Assembly (NCBI GenBank): GCA_963813715.1
Contig: CAWFAK010000012.1
Location: forward strand, 384,001-448,000
DNA: 64,000 nucleotides
From: an uncultured Planctomycetaceae bacterium
Lineage (GTDB): Bacteria > Planctomycetota > Planctomycetia > Planctomycetales > Planctomycetaceae
Direction of reading: 5' to 3'
Part shown: piece by piece, positions 63,962-64,000 of the stretch
Layout of the letters: the number at the start of each line of letters is the position of its first letter
Numbering within the stretch: the stretch's first letter is position 1
Program-made: the position numbers and the translations under genes
The notes under the pieces: model-generated
What the model was told of the DNA's origin: nothing
What the model saw: only the letters and a program-made list of their open reading frames with translations
Database searches by the model: none

Positions 63962-64000
63962 TCCTTACAGATAGTCGTTGACGATGTTTTCCAGCATTTC

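Overview
GC-rich bacterial chromosomal window, most likely from a planctomycete. This is inferred from gene content: an ECF sigma plus Ser/Thr kinase pair, DUF1080, a BlaI/M56 pair with carboxypeptidase-regulatory-like repeats, a Tat-tagged sugar enzyme, and a dnaA without dnaN. There are about 50 protein-coding genes and no rRNA, tRNA, CRISPR array, transposase or integrase that I can recognise. About 20 single-base frameshifts fall in otherwise intact genes, including housekeeping ones, so I treat them as read or assembly indels, not pseudogenes. Main observations: (1) a ~15 kb stress and carbon-storage block (19.2-34.3 kb) in which six gene starts each have a correctly oriented sigma54 -24/-12 motif about 70-125 bp upstream, suggesting an RpoN-run stress regulon (receiver protein, DUF1614-ftsH, DUF1328, hypothetical gene, treZ-GDE, glgX); (2) a stand-alone DUF692/MNIO homologue that has lost most iron ligands, three of them to Arg, behind a switch-like structured leader; (3) an orphan dnaA with altered box-reading residues and no DnaA-box cluster; (4) other degenerate domains (an alpha/beta hydrolase without Ser/His, and a Cys-less cupredoxin-like domain on a BlaR1-type sensor); (5) clear operator palindromes for BlaI and a YtrA-like GntR, plus several REP-like hairpins. 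All calls come from reading the sequence and translations by eye; no searches were run.
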